DNA from: a virus | Lineage: Duplodnaviria > Caudoviricetes | DNA length: 62,292 nucleotides | IMG/VR virus record: IMGVR_UViG_3300031787_000117 | Location: 1-62,292 of that record | Reading direction: 5' to 3' (one strand) | Part shown: in pieces, positions 43,766-53,592 of the stretch | Numbering within the stretch: the stretch's first letter is position 1 | Layout of the letters: every line of letters starts with the position of its first letter | The notes under the pieces: generated by a model | Told to the model about the DNA's origin: nothing | The model's database searches: none | The model's input: the letters and a program-made list of their open reading frames with translations, nothing else | Made by a program: the position numbers and the translations under genes

Positions 43766-45253
43766 GTGCAACAATTAGAGAAATTGATTGAGCAATTAGA
43801 TCCTGCTGAGTATCAGAAGTTGTTAGAGCAGGTGGAGGAGTATAGGAATGCGCTAGAGAGGGAGAAGGCGCAGGGTAAGTTTATGGAGTATGTGAAGGTG
43901 GTGTGGCCTGGGTTTGTGAATGGGCGGCATCATGCGTTGATGGCGAAGAAGTTTGAGGAGATAGCGGAGGGGAAGTTAAAGCGGTTGATTATCAATATGG
44001 CTCCGCGGCATACGAAGAGTGAGTTTGCTAGTTTTTTATTGCCAAGTTGGTTTTTGGGTAGGTTCCCGCACAAGAAGGTGATTCAGACATCGAACACGGC
44101 GGACTTAGCGGTTGGGTTTGGTAGGAAAGTGCGTAATTTGGTCGGGAGTGAGCAGTACGCGCGGGTATTTCCTGGGGTGTCTTTGAGGCAGGACAGTAAG
44201 GCTGCTGGTAGGTGGGCGACGAATAAGGGTGGGGAGTACTTTGCTATAGGTGTGGGGGGTACGGTAACGGGTAAGGGTGCGGATTTATTGATTATTGATG
44301 ATCCGCATAGTGAGCAGGAGGCGAGGTTAGCGTCGCACAACCCGGAAGTATTTGACAGTGTGTATGAGTGGTACACGTCTGGACCCCGGCAGAGGTTGCA
44401 GCCAGGGGGTGCGATTGTGGTGGTAATGACTCGTTGGTCAGAAAGAGATCTGACGGGTCGGATTATTAAGGATGCGCAGAACCGGGATAAGACGGATGAG
44501 TGGGAAGTAATTGAGTTGCCGGCGATTATGCCGAGTGGGAATCCGTTGTGGCCGGAGTTTTGGTCGTTAGATGAGTTGGAGGCGTTGAGGGAGGAGGTTG
44601 GTCCTGCGAAGTGGAATGCGCAGTATCAGCAGACGCCGACAGGGGAGGAGGGGGCGTTAGTCAAGAGGGAATGGTGGAAGAGGTGGGAGAAGGAGAATCC
44701 GCCGCAGTGTGAATTTATTATCCAGAGTTGGGATACGGCGTTTACTAAGAACGAGAGAAGTGACTATTCGGCGTGTACAACCTGGGGAGTGTTTTACAAG
44801 GATGAGGTTGAGCCGAACATTATTTTGTTAGATGCGTATGAAGCGAGGATGGAGTTTCCGGAGTTAAAGCAGAAGGCGTATGAGATGTATAAGGAGTGGG
44901 AGCCTGATGCTTGTATTGTGGAAGCGAAGGCCGCGGGGAGTCCGTTGATCTTTGAATTGAGGCGTATGGGGATTCCGGTAAGTGAATATACGCCGGTGAG
45001 GGGAAACGATAAGTTTGTTCGGATTAACTCTGTGACGGATCTATTCAAGTCGGGTAAAGTGTGGGCGCCGGAAGCTAGGTGGGCAGATGAAGTTATTGAG
45101 CAGATGGCTGCTTTTCCGAATGCTCCGCATGATGACTTGGTGGATTCGACGACGCAGGCGTTGATCCGTTTTCGGTCAGGCGGGTTTGTAAGATTGGATT
45201 CTGACGAACCTGATGAGCCGACGTATTTTCGTAGGCGGAAAGCTTACTACTAG
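43766..45253 (+). CDS. terL: Terminase large subunit
   Basis: MAPRHTKSE Walker A, IIDDPH Walker B, MTRW, YQQ, QSWDTA, HDDLVDS. Confidence 0.95.
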   Translation: MQQLEKLIEQLDPAEYQKLLEQVEEYRNALEREKAQGKFMEYVKVVWPGFVNGRHHALMAKKFEEIAEGKLKRLIINMAPRHTKSEFASFLLPSWFLGRFPHKKVIQTSNTADLAVGFGRKVRNLVGSEQYARVFPGVSLRQDSKAAGRWATNKGGEYFAIGVGGTVTGKGADLLIIDDPHSEQEARLASHNPEVFDSVYEWYTSGPRQRLQPGGAIVVVMTRWSERDLTGRIIKDAQNRDKTDEWEVIELPAIMPSGNPLWPEFWSLDELEALREEVGPAKWNAQYQQTPTGEEGALVKREWWKRWEKENPPQCEFIIQSWDTAFTKNERSDYSACTTWGVFYKDEVEPNIILLDAYEARMEFPELKQKAYEMYKEWEPDACIVEAKAAGSPLIFELRRMGIPVSEYTPVRGNDKFVRINSVTDLFKSGKVWAPEARWADEVIEQMAAFPNAPHDDLVDSTTQALIRFRSGGFVRLDSDEPDEPTYFRRRKAYY

Positions 45254-45261
45254 AGGGCATT

Positions 45262-47643
45262 ATGGCAACAAACATGGACAAGGGCTTGTATGCGGTGCCG
45301 ATTATTGACACGGCAGAGTCGGCGCTAGAAATTGAGATTGAGAATCCTGAGTCAGTGACGTTGTCTGATGGGAGCATGGAGATTACGTTATTGCCAGATG
45401 ATGTAAGTGTTGATGACTTTGATGCCAACATTGCTGAGTTTTTAGATGAAGGCGATCTTCAGACGATAGCGTCGGAGATGGTTGAGCTAGTAGAAGCAGA
45501 CGTAAACGCCAGGAAGGAATGGGCAGATACATATGTAAAAGGTTTGGAAGTTCTGGGTTTTAAGTATGAAGACAGGACAGAACCTTGGGATGACGCGTGT
45601 GGAGTGTACTCAACTGTTTTGGCAGAAGCGGTTATTCGATTCCAAGCGGAGACAATGAGTGAGACGTTTCCTGCCCAGGGTCCGGTCAAGTCAAAGATTA
45701 TTGGCGAGGTTACTAAAGAAAAAGAAGAGTCTGCCAATCGTGTTAAAGCAGACATGAATTATCAACTGACTGAAAGGATGGTGGAGTATCGGTCAGAACA
45801 TGAACGGATGCTTTATAGCCTGGGCCTTGCAGGGTCAGCGTTTAAGAAGGTGTATTACGACCCGATTCTTAGAAGGCAAGTGTCGCTGTATATCTCAGCA
45901 GAAGACATGATTGTTCCGTATGGCGCTTCGCACATTGATACTGCGGAGCGGGTTACTCACATGATGAGGAAAACCAAGACGGAACTACTGAAGTTACAGG
46001 CTGATGGGTTTTATAGAGAAGTTGAGCTTGGCGAACCAATTGAATATTTTTCAGATATTGAGAAAAAGAAAGCCGAGGAAGGTGGCTATACGTTAACGTC
46101 AGACGACCGATTTGCTTTGTATGAGATTCATACTTATACAAATATTAGAGGCATTGATGACGAAGACGATTTGCCTAAACCGTATGTCATTACGGTTATA
46201 AAAGGAACAAATGAAGTTCTGTCGATTCGTAGAAACTGGGAGCCGACAGATGATCGACAACTAAAGAGGCAGCATTTTGTTCATTACACTTACGTCCCTG
46301 GGTTTGGTTTCTATGGTTTGGGGCTTATTCACATTATTGGCGGGTATGCCCGAGCGGGTACTTCTATCATTCGCCAACTCGTTGACGCTGGCACTCTTTC
46401 AAATCTTCCAGGCGGTCTTAAAGCTCGTGGATTAAGGATCAAGGGTGATGACACGCCGATTGCTCCGGGCGAGTTTAGAGACGTAGATGTACCTAGTGGT
46501 ACGGTACGCGACAACATTATGACGCTGCCGTACAAAGAACCTAGTCAAGTATTGGCTGGGTTGTTAGAGAAAATCACTCAGGAAGGCAGACGACTGGGTG
46601 CGATTAGCGACATGAACATTAGTGACATGTCGTCGCAGGCACCGGTTGGTACAACGTTAGCGTTATTAGAAAGAACGCTAAAACCCATGGCCGCAGTTCA
46701 AGCCAGGGTTCATTTCTCTATGAAGCAGGAGTTCAAGCTTCTTAAAGAGATTATTAAAGATTACGCAAATGAACCATACGACTACATTCCAGAGGGTGTA
46801 GATCGTCGGGCTCGAGCAGAGGATTACGCGGTAGTTGAAGTAATCCCTGTTTCTGATCCTAATGCCACGACTATGGCGCAGCGGGTTGTGCAGTATCAAG
46901 CCGCTTTTCAAATGGCACAGAGCGCCCCGCAGATTTATGACCTACCGTATCTACACAGGCAAATGTTAGAGACGCTAGGCATTAGAAACGCGGACAAAGT
47001 TGTACCGTTGGCGGAAGATCAGAAACCGCGTGATCCGATGTCCGAAAACATGGGCGCGTTGGTAGGTAAACCTATGAAAGCGTTTATGTACCAGGATCAC
47101 GAAGCGCACATGGCTGCGCATCAATCGTTTATGCAAGATCCAATGATTGCGCAGGCTATTGGCCAGAACCCCATGGCACAACAAATTATGAGTTCTCTGC
47201 AGGCCCACTTGGCAGAGCACTTAGGGTTTGTCTATAGAAAACAGCTTGAAGAAAGACTGGGCGTTACGTTGCCGGCTCCGAATGAAGAAATTCCGGAGGA
47301 GTTGGAAGTTGCTGTTTCTAGGCTCATGGCTCAGGCAGGGGCGCAGCTTACACAAATGCATCAAGCTCAAGCGGCGCAACAACAAGCTCAGCAGATGGCG
47401 CAAGACCCGGTTGTTCAAATGCAGCAGCAGGAACTGGCCATTAAACAAAGCGAAGTTCAACGGAAAGCTGCCAAAGATCAAGCCGACATTGAATTGGCTA
47501 ACCGTAAGTTAAGCATTGAAGAGCAGAAAGTAGTTGTTGAAGCGCAGAAAGAAGGTTCTGCGATGCAGACCAAAGCTCAGCAACAAGAACAGAAGACACA
47601 GCTTGAAATGATAAAGATGCTCACACAATCCAAAGCGAGGTAA
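45262..47643 (+). CDS. Portal protein
   Basis: 793 aa after terL; GSAFKKVYYD, PGFGFYGLG, Gln-rich C-terminal barrel (P22-like). Confidence 0.88.
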   Translation: MATNMDKGLYAVPIIDTAESALEIEIENPESVTLSDGSMEITLLPDDVSVDDFDANIAEFLDEGDLQTIASEMVELVEADVNARKEWADTYVKGLEVLGFKYEDRTEPWDDACGVYSTVLAEAVIRFQAETMSETFPAQGPVKSKIIGEVTKEKEESANRVKADMNYQLTERMVEYRSEHERMLYSLGLAGSAFKKVYYDPILRRQVSLYISAEDMIVPYGASHIDTAERVTHMMRKTKTELLKLQADGFYREVELGEPIEYFSDIEKKKAEEGGYTLTSDDRFALYEIHTYTNIRGIDDEDDLPKPYVITVIKGTNEVLSIRRNWEPTDDRQLKRQHFVHYTYVPGFGFYGLGLIHIIGGYARAGTSIIRQLVDAGTLSNLPGGLKARGLRIKGDDTPIAPGEFRDVDVPSGTVRDNIMTLPYKEPSQVLAGLLEKITQEGRRLGAISDMNISDMSSQAPVGTTLALLERTLKPMAAVQARVHFSMKQEFKLLKEIIKDYANEPYDYIPEGVDRRARAEDYAVVEVIPVSDPNATTMAQRVVQYQAAFQMAQSAPQIYDLPYLHRQMLETLGIRNADKVVPLAEDQKPRDPMSENMGALVGKPMKAFMYQDHEAHMAAHQSFMQDPMIAQAIGQNPMAQQIMSSLQAHLAEHLGFVYRKQLEERLGVTLPAPNEEIPEELEVAVSRLMAQAGAQLTQMHQAQAAQQQAQQMAQDPVVQMQQQELAIKQSEVQRKAAKDQADIELANRKLSIEEQKVVVEAQKEGSAMQTKAQQQEQKTQLEMIKMLTQSKAR

Positions 47644-47646
47644 CGC

Positions 47647-47844
47647 GTGGCTAAGACCGTCTTTGACGTGCTGCAGGATAAATTGTTTGAACACAGAAAA
47701 TCACACGTTGATTTTCTTGCGAGTGGTGGGGCGGCTGATTTTGCAGTCTACCAACAACAATGCGGGTTGATTCGAGGTCTAGACCTAGCATTGCGTGAAA
47801 TCCAAGACCTTGCGCAAAACTATATGGACGGAAATGATGACTGA
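47647..47844 (+). CDS. Small conserved protein after portal
   Basis: DF..YQQQCGLIRGL. Confidence 0.7.
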   Translation: MAKTVFDVLQDKLFEHRKSHVDFLASGGAADFAVYQQQCGLIRGLDLALREIQDLAQNYMDGNDD

Positions 47845-48199
47845 CACGTTAACGGCGGAAGAGTTTGAAGCTCAATTACCCAAACCAGTTGGGTACCGCT
47901 TGCTAATTGCATTGCCGCAGGTGGAAGAAACTTACGATTCAGGTCTAGTTAAAGCAGATCAAACCAGACATGCTGAACAAGTTCTCTCTATGATGGGTGC
48001 TGTCCTAGACATGGGTGAACAAGCCTATGCCGACAAAGACAGATTTCCTACGGGGCCTTGGTGCAAGGTTGGCGACTTTGTGATGTTTCGTCCTAACTCT
48101 GGCACTAGGTTTAAGGTCAACGGCCATGAATATCGTCTGTTAAACGACGACAGTATTGAGGCGGTTGTGCCTGACCCTCGAGGGGTGACTAGAGCATGA
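47834..48199 (+). CDS. groES: GroES-like co-chaperonin
   Basis: PKPVGYRLLI, SGLV, WCKVGDFVMF, YRLLNDDSIEAVV. Confidence 0.85.
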   Translation: MMTDTLTAEEFEAQLPKPVGYRLLIALPQVEETYDSGLVKADQTRHAEQVLSMMGAVLDMGEQAYADKDRFPTGPWCKVGDFVMFRPNSGTRFKVNGHEYRLLNDDSIEAVVPDPRGVTRA

Positions 48200-48408
48200 G
48201 TGAACATGTAACCCTAGGCGTGACATCTGACTTTGACTGGTACGAATTGAATCAAATTAAACATCAGTTGGACTCTTTAAGTTCTCGAGTACATCGGTTA
48301 ATTGTGGCTACTCAAGAACGAGAGCGTACACAGTCAGAATATGTAGTTCATTTGAAGCGTCAATGCGACGAACTTCGGGCGCAATTAAACGCCCTGCGAA
48401 AGGACTAA
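48196..48408 (+). CDS. Small coiled-coil hypothetical protein
   Basis: 70 aa, ATGA overlap. Confidence 0.6.
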   Translation: MSEHVTLGVTSDFDWYELNQIKHQLDSLSSRVHRLIVATQERERTQSEYVVHLKRQCDELRAQLNALRKD

Positions 48409-48409
48409 T

Positions 48410-49360
48410 ATGCCATTTCAAAAAGTTGAATTTGAGTTTCCGGATCCGGACAAACCAGAGGTTAAAACGGAAGAAACGCCTGCATCAGAGGCAAAGGAGC
48501 CGGAATCTAAAGAGGTTGAGATTGAGGTCGTAGACGATACGCCTCCAAAAGACCGTAATCGAACTCCATCGGAGCCGCCTGCAGAGGTAACCGAGGAAGA
48601 ACTTAATGAGTATTCCGACAAAGTGCGTAAGCGGATTCAGCACTTTACTAAGGGATATCACGACGAACGACGTAGAGCGGAAGCAGCGGCCAGAGAGAAA
48701 GAAGAAGCTATTCGTCTTGCACAGCAGTTGCTGCAAGAGAATGAGAAACTTAAGCAGGAATCTTCGAAAACTCAAACCGCTTTGCTTGAGCAGGCTAAAG
48801 CCAGGATTAATCACGAGCTTGAGGCATCAAAACGGGCGTATAAACAAGCTTATGAGTCTGGAGATTCGGATAAAGTTGTTGAAGCGCAGATTGCGTTAAA
48901 CAATGTTCAAGCTAAGGCAGAGCGTTTAGCAGCATATAAACCGGCTTTACAACCAAAACAAGTTGAGGTAAAACCTGAACCTGTCGCGCCAGCAGTCGAT
49001 TCCAAGGCGTTGGAATGGCAAAAATCCAATCCATGGTTTGGATCTGACGATGAGATGACAAGCCTTGCGCTGGGGTTGCATCAAAAGCTTGTTCGAGAGG
49101 GGATTGACCCTCAAAGTGAAGAATACTACGACCGGATTAACCGGCGTATGCGTCAAGTGTTCCCCGATGCCTTTGAATCGGAGGACGAATCGCCTGAAAG
49201 GCCGCGTCGAAATAACGTTGTAGCACCAGCATCGCGTAGCACTGCGCCCAAAAAGATCGTGCTGACTAAGACTGCTGTAGCTCTTGCGAAACGACTAGGT
49301 CTAACTCCCGAGCAATATGCTCGACAGGTTGCTGAAGACATGAGGAAACAAAATGGCTGA
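48410..49360 (+). CDS. Putative capsid scaffolding protein
   Basis: Acidic N-terminus, long coiled coil, W...NPWFG, C-terminal AKRLGLTPEQYA; upstream of capsid genes. Confidence 0.75.
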   Translation: MPFQKVEFEFPDPDKPEVKTEETPASEAKEPESKEVEIEVVDDTPPKDRNRTPSEPPAEVTEEELNEYSDKVRKRIQHFTKGYHDERRRAEAAAREKEEAIRLAQQLLQENEKLKQESSKTQTALLEQAKARINHELEASKRAYKQAYESGDSDKVVEAQIALNNVQAKAERLAAYKPALQPKQVEVKPEPVAPAVDSKALEWQKSNPWFGSDDEMTSLALGLHQKLVREGIDPQSEEYYDRINRRMRQVFPDAFESEDESPERPRRNNVVAPASRSTAPKKIVLTKTAVALAKRLGLTPEQYARQVAEDMRKQNG

Positions 49361-49796
49361 GACTAGAACCAACCGCGAACTTGAAACCCGAGAGAAAGTT
49401 GCGCGTCGCAAATCTTGGCAACGCCCGGAATTGCTGCCTTCGCCTAACCCAGAACCGGGGTTTGAATTTCGTTGGATTCGTGTCAGTACGCTGGGAACGG
49501 CGGACCCCATGAATGTTTCTTCAAAGTTTCGCGAGGGTTGGGAACCTGTCAAAGCGTCCGATCATCCCGAGATCCAAATGCTGGTTGTTGAGAACGAGAA
49601 GTTCAAAGACAACGTGGTAATCGGTGGATTGATGCTTTGCAAAACTCCTACTGAGCTTGTTGAGGATCGGAACAGCTACTATCAACAGCAAACCGATAAT
49701 CAAATGAGCGCAGTGGACAACAATTTCATGCGGGAAAACGATCCGCGGATGCCGTTGTTTAAAGAGCGGCAATCGTCGGTGAAATCGACCCGGTAA
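49353..49796 (+). CDS. Conserved head-module protein
   Basis: PGFEFRWIR...REGWEPV...GGLMLCK. Confidence 0.7.
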   Translation: MAETRTNRELETREKVARRKSWQRPELLPSPNPEPGFEFRWIRVSTLGTADPMNVSSKFREGWEPVKASDHPEIQMLVVENEKFKDNVVIGGLMLCKTPTELVEDRNSYYQQQTDNQMSAVDNNFMRENDPRMPLFKERQSSVKSTR

Positions 49797-49813
49797 ACTT
49801 TTAGGAGTCTCAC

Positions 49814-50644
49814 ATGACTTACCCAACGGTTGACAGCCCCTACGGGCTAAAGCCGGTCAATCTGATCGGCGGTCAGGTGTTCGCTGGTTCTACGCGCATG
49901 TACAACATTACTTACGCGTACGCCACCGACATCTTCTACGGTGACTTCGTCGCCCTCGTGCGCGGCAACCTGGAGCGTATTAGCGTTAGCACCGGTACTG
50001 CCGGTACTCTCGTTGGTATCTTCCTTGGCTGCTCGTACACCAACCCGACCACCAAACAGAAGCAGTTCTCGCAATACTGGCCCGCTTCCACGGCGGCTGG
50101 TGATGCGGTTGCTTATGTTTGCGACGATCCGGATACGGTGTTCCAAGCGGCTGTTTGCTCGGCTACTACGGTAATGGCTTCTGGTGCTCGTGCGATGATT
50201 GGTCAGAATCTGGCCTGCATCAACAACACCGGCAATTCCAACACCGGCAATAGCAAAAACGCCCTGCTTGCTCCGACTGCAACTCCTGCCACGACTGCGG
50301 CTCTGCCCATTCGTGTTCTGGGTCTGGTGCAAGAAACCGCAGTTTCGCTGGGTACCGCAACGTTCACCAGTATCGCCACTGAAACTATCACCTGCTCGGC
50401 ACTGCCGTTTGCCCTGCCGGTTGGTACGGACGTTGGCTCGCTGGCGTCGAACGGTCAGTACATCCCCAGTGGATCGTTCGTGGCAACTGCCGCGAGTGCT
50501 GGTGCAACTACGGTTGTTCTGAATCAGGCCCCCGTCGCGGCGTTTGGTGCCAGTGCAACGCTGGTATTTACTCAGTACCCTGAGCTTCTGGTTAAGCTCA
50601 ACTTTGGTCAGCATGAGTATTACGCTGCCACTGCTACGGCCTAA
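49814..50644 (+). CDS. Capsid decoration / minor capsid protein
   Basis: PYGLKPV, IFYGD.V, GIFLGC.Y, DDPD; AGGAG RBS; precedes MCP. Confidence 0.7.
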   Translation: MTYPTVDSPYGLKPVNLIGGQVFAGSTRMYNITYAYATDIFYGDFVALVRGNLERISVSTGTAGTLVGIFLGCSYTNPTTKQKQFSQYWPASTAAGDAVAYVCDDPDTVFQAAVCSATTVMASGARAMIGQNLACINNTGNSNTGNSKNALLAPTATPATTAALPIRVLGLVQETAVSLGTATFTSIATETITCSALPFALPVGTDVGSLASNGQYIPSGSFVATAASAGATTVVLNQAPVAAFGASATLVFTQYPELLVKLNFGQHEYYAATATA

Positions 50645-50656
50645 AGGAGTTAACAA

Positions 50657-51568
50657 ATGGCTATTTCACGCGCACAACTACTGAAAGAACTCCTGCCAGG
50701 GCTTAATGCACTGTTCGGTCTGGAGTACAAACGGTACGGTGAAGAACACAAGGAAATCTACGAAACCGAGACTTCCGAGCGTTCGTTTGAAGAGGAAACC
50801 AAGCTGTCTGGCTTCTCTGCCGCTCCTGTCAAAAACGAGGGTTCGGCAATTGCGTATGACAATGCGCAAGAAGCATGGACGGCGCGGTACAACCACGAAA
50901 CGATTGCAATGGGTTTCTCCATCACTGAAGAGGCGATGGAAGACAACCTGTATGACAGTCTGTCTTCGCGGTATACCAAGGCCCTTGCTCGTGCCATGGC
51001 GTACACCAAGCAGGTCAAAGGTGCATCGATTCTGAACAACGGGTTTAACGGTGCGGTCACGTACGGTGACGGCCAGCCCCTGTTCTCGACGGCGCATCCG
51101 CTTGTGTCTGGTGGTACCAACAGCAATCGCCCCGCAACCGGCGCTGATCTGAACGAAACCTCGCTTGAGGCGGCAGTTATTCAGATCGCTGGCTGGACGG
51201 ATGAGCGTGGTCTGCTGATCGCCGCCAAGCCCCGGAAACTCATTGTTCCCCCGGCGCTTATGTTCGTTGCAACCCGACTGCTTGAGACGGAACTCCGTGT
51301 CGGCACGGCGGATAACGACATCAACGCGCTTAAGAACAACGGTTCAATTCCGGAAGGCTATCGTGTCAATCACTACCTGACTGATACGAATGCTTGGTTC
51401 TTGATCACGGACGTGCCTAATGGACTGAAGCACTTTGTCCGTACGCCTATCCAGAACTCGATGGATGCTGACTTCGATACTGGTAATGCTCGTTACAAGA
51501 GTCGCGAGCGTTACTCGTTCGGCGCGTCAGATCCGTTGGGTGTTTATGGATCTCCAGGCGCAAGCTAA
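50657..51568 (+). CDS. Major capsid protein (HK97 fold, Mu gpT-like)
   Basis: MAISRAQLLKELLPGLNALFG, GDGQPLFSTAHP, P.KLIVPP.L, RERYSFG; strong RBS and terminator. Confidence 0.9.
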   Translation: MAISRAQLLKELLPGLNALFGLEYKRYGEEHKEIYETETSERSFEEETKLSGFSAAPVKNEGSAIAYDNAQEAWTARYNHETIAMGFSITEEAMEDNLYDSLSSRYTKALARAMAYTKQVKGASILNNGFNGAVTYGDGQPLFSTAHPLVSGGTNSNRPATGADLNETSLEAAVIQIAGWTDERGLLIAAKPRKLIVPPALMFVATRLLETELRVGTADNDINALKNNGSIPEGYRVNHYLTDTNAWFLITDVPNGLKHFVRTPIQNSMDADFDTGNARYKSRERYSFGASDPLGVYGSPGAS

Positions 51569-51580
51569 GCAGTAGATTAG

Positions 51581-51608
51581 GAAAGGGGCTTCGGCCCCTT
51601 TTCTTTTG
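51581..51608 (+). terminator. Intrinsic terminator after MCP
   Basis: AAAGGGGC-TTCG-GCCCCTTT then T-rich tail. Confidence 0.9.
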
Positions 51609-51635
51609 TTTATGAGTATGGTACAAAGAGTTATT

Positions 51636-51708
51636 CCGGGGTCATCCCGCGTATTAGACAGTCCCGGCTGACAACATGCAGACTAATACGCGCTACTCGC
51701 ATGTGAGG
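51636..51708 (+). ncRNA. Candidate structured cis-regulatory RNA (stem with two potential pseudoknots)
   Basis: 10-bp stem 51648-57/51683-92; loop CCCGG complements 51636-40; loop ACATGC complements 51699-704. Confidence 0.5.
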
Positions 51709-51713
51709 GTTAA

Positions 51714-52244
51714 ATGGCTAACACCACTTTCTCCGGGCCAGTTCGGTCACAGAACGGCTTTCAAACTGTTTCAATTGATTCCACTACCGGCGCTGTTACT
51801 GCTGCTGCAGTATCACTGGGCGTTTCCGGTATTGTTGCCACGCCTGTAGCACTAGCTGATGGTAATGCGTCGCTGACTGCTGCTACGAATGGCGGCGGTG
51901 TAATTAACATCGTTCCTAACGGAACCCAAGACAACACCTACACTCTCCCTGCTCCAGTTGCTGGTCAATCGTTTACGTTTGTGTACGGTGGCGGCGCAGC
52001 GGATGCTACGGATTTCATCATCAACACTGGGTCGAACACCAACTACTTTATTGGTGGCGTCGCTTTCCATGACACGGATGATGGTGCGGCGTCTGTAGTA
52101 TTTTCAGACGGCAACTCAAACTCGAAGTTGCAGGTTAATGTCCCGGCAGCAGCGCAGATTACGGTTATCGCTAAAGACGGTACGAACTGGCAAGTTTGGG
52201 GAACTGTTGTTGGTGCCACTGCCCCGACCTTTGCTGACCAGTAA
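51714..52244 (+). CDS. Virion structural protein (head fibre/decoration-like)
   Basis: MANTTFSGPVRSQNGF, YTLPAP..G..FTF. Confidence 0.7.
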   Translation: MANTTFSGPVRSQNGFQTVSIDSTTGAVTAAAVSLGVSGIVATPVALADGNASLTAATNGGGVINIVPNGTQDNTYTLPAPVAGQSFTFVYGGGAADATDFIINTGSNTNYFIGGVAFHDTDDGAASVVFSDGNSNSKLQVNVPAAAQITVIAKDGTNWQVWGTVVGATAPTFADQ

Positions 52245-52256
52245 TAGGGGGCCGAC

Positions 52257-52850
52257 ATGGCGACCCAGCAATATGATGTATGGTCCGTAACGCCTAAAGC
52301 GGATGCGGACTTTTATGTGGTGTCTGTAACGCCAGCAGGTGCTGGGGCGTTGGGACTTGTTGCTACCACGCCGGGGATTAATGGTTACGGATACAAAGTA
52401 TCCATTACCTCGGTAGCAGACGAAACTGCTAAAAACTTCACCATCACCGGCATTCCCGTTGGGTCAACCACGGCGGTGACAGAAGTAGTGGCGGGCGGCA
52501 ACAATACAACCGTTTACTCTACCAATTACTTTGCAAGCGTCAGCAGCATCTCAGTCAGTGCTGCTACAGCAGGTGCAATTACGGTGGGATATGGCGGTTC
52601 ACTTGCGCTCCCCCGGTGCCGAATCAAAGGTCTGTATTACATTGGCGCAACTAATGCTGGCAACATTTCTATTAGTGATGCTAGCGCTGGGCCGACTCCA
52701 CCCCGTTTGTACATGGATACCCCTGGGTCAGTCACTGCGGCTAACAGCCTATACATGGCAGCAGAAGGTATTTTGGTGGGTCAGGCACAAAGCGGTTACG
52801 CTGTTGTAACGCTAACTGAAGTTACTAAAGTCACTTTAATCTGCGGCTAA
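52257..52850 (+). CDS. Virion structural protein
   Basis: Thr/Ala/Gly beta-rich; FTITG...TEVV.G.N....ST.YF. Confidence 0.65.
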   Translation: MATQQYDVWSVTPKADADFYVVSVTPAGAGALGLVATTPGINGYGYKVSITSVADETAKNFTITGIPVGSTTAVTEVVAGGNNTTVYSTNYFASVSSISVSAATAGAITVGYGGSLALPRCRIKGLYYIGATNAGNISISDASAGPTPPRLYMDTPGSVTAANSLYMAAEGILVGQAQSGYAVVTLTEVTKVTLICG

Positions 52851-52852
52851 TC

Positions 52853-53113
52853 ATGGCAAAGACCCCGGCGTGGCAACGCAAAGAAGGCAAAAATCCCTCT
52901 GGTGGTTTGAATGCCAAAGGACGAGCTTCTTACAATGCAGCCAATCCGGGGAAGCCGGGGTTAAAGCCTCCCGCCCCGAATCCGAAGACCGAAAAAGACG
53001 CGAAGCGGAGGAAATCTTTTTGCGCGAGGATGAGCGGGATGCCTGGGCCAATGAAGGATGAAAAAGGACGACCGACCCGCAAGGCGCTGTCGCTTAAAGC
53101 ATGGAACTGCTAG
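52853..53113 (+). CDS. Small basic conserved protein
   Basis: AWQRKEGKNPSGGLNAKGRASYN...RRKSFCARM...W.C. Confidence 0.72.
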   Translation: MAKTPAWQRKEGKNPSGGLNAKGRASYNAANPGKPGLKPPAPNPKTEKDAKRRKSFCARMSGMPGPMKDEKGRPTRKALSLKAWNC

Positions 53114-53511
53114 TTTGTACCCGGTGCAAGCAAAGCAAACCGGCCACACCGGAAGCGTTTCCGCTGCATAACAAGAAACGCAACGGGTTAGATTCATGGT
53201 GTAGAGCTTGCCGTGCTCAGTATCGCAACGAGATTTGTCGGGGCCAGTACCGCGCTGTAATTTCAGATGAACAGCTTAAGCAGATTAAGCAAGAGGTTAC
53301 AGAGTGCGTAATTTGCGGAGTGTCGGAGAAATTAGTTGTAGATCATGATCATGTCACTGGACAAGTGCGGGGCATGTTGTGCAATCATTGTAATCGAGGT
53401 CTTGGGCACTTCCGAGACGATCCAGAGTTGTTGGAATTTGCACGGATGTATCTGTTAGCATCAAATGACGATCCGCAATGGGCGGCTTATCAAGAGGTAA
53501 CGCAGGCATGA
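53101..53511 (+). CDS. Endonuclease VII-family (His-Me finger) endonuclease, probably homing
   Basis: CTRC, CRAC, CVICG, VDHDHVTGQVRGMLCNHCNRGLG. Confidence 0.85.
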   Translation: MELLVCTRCKQSKPATPEAFPLHNKKRNGLDSWCRACRAQYRNEICRGQYRAVISDEQLKQIKQEVTECVICGVSEKLVVDHDHVTGQVRGMLCNHCNRGLGHFRDDPELLEFARMYLLASNDDPQWAAYQEVTQA

Positions 53512-53592
53512 AGAAGAAACTGACTTCAGCCAAGACAGCGAAAGATCCCAACAGCCGGATTAACAAATCCTTGAGAGCATGGAATTGTTGAA

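Noticed and set aside
49847-50656. 269-aa minus-strand ORF
   Set aside because: Antisense shadow of the capsid decoration gene; no motifs
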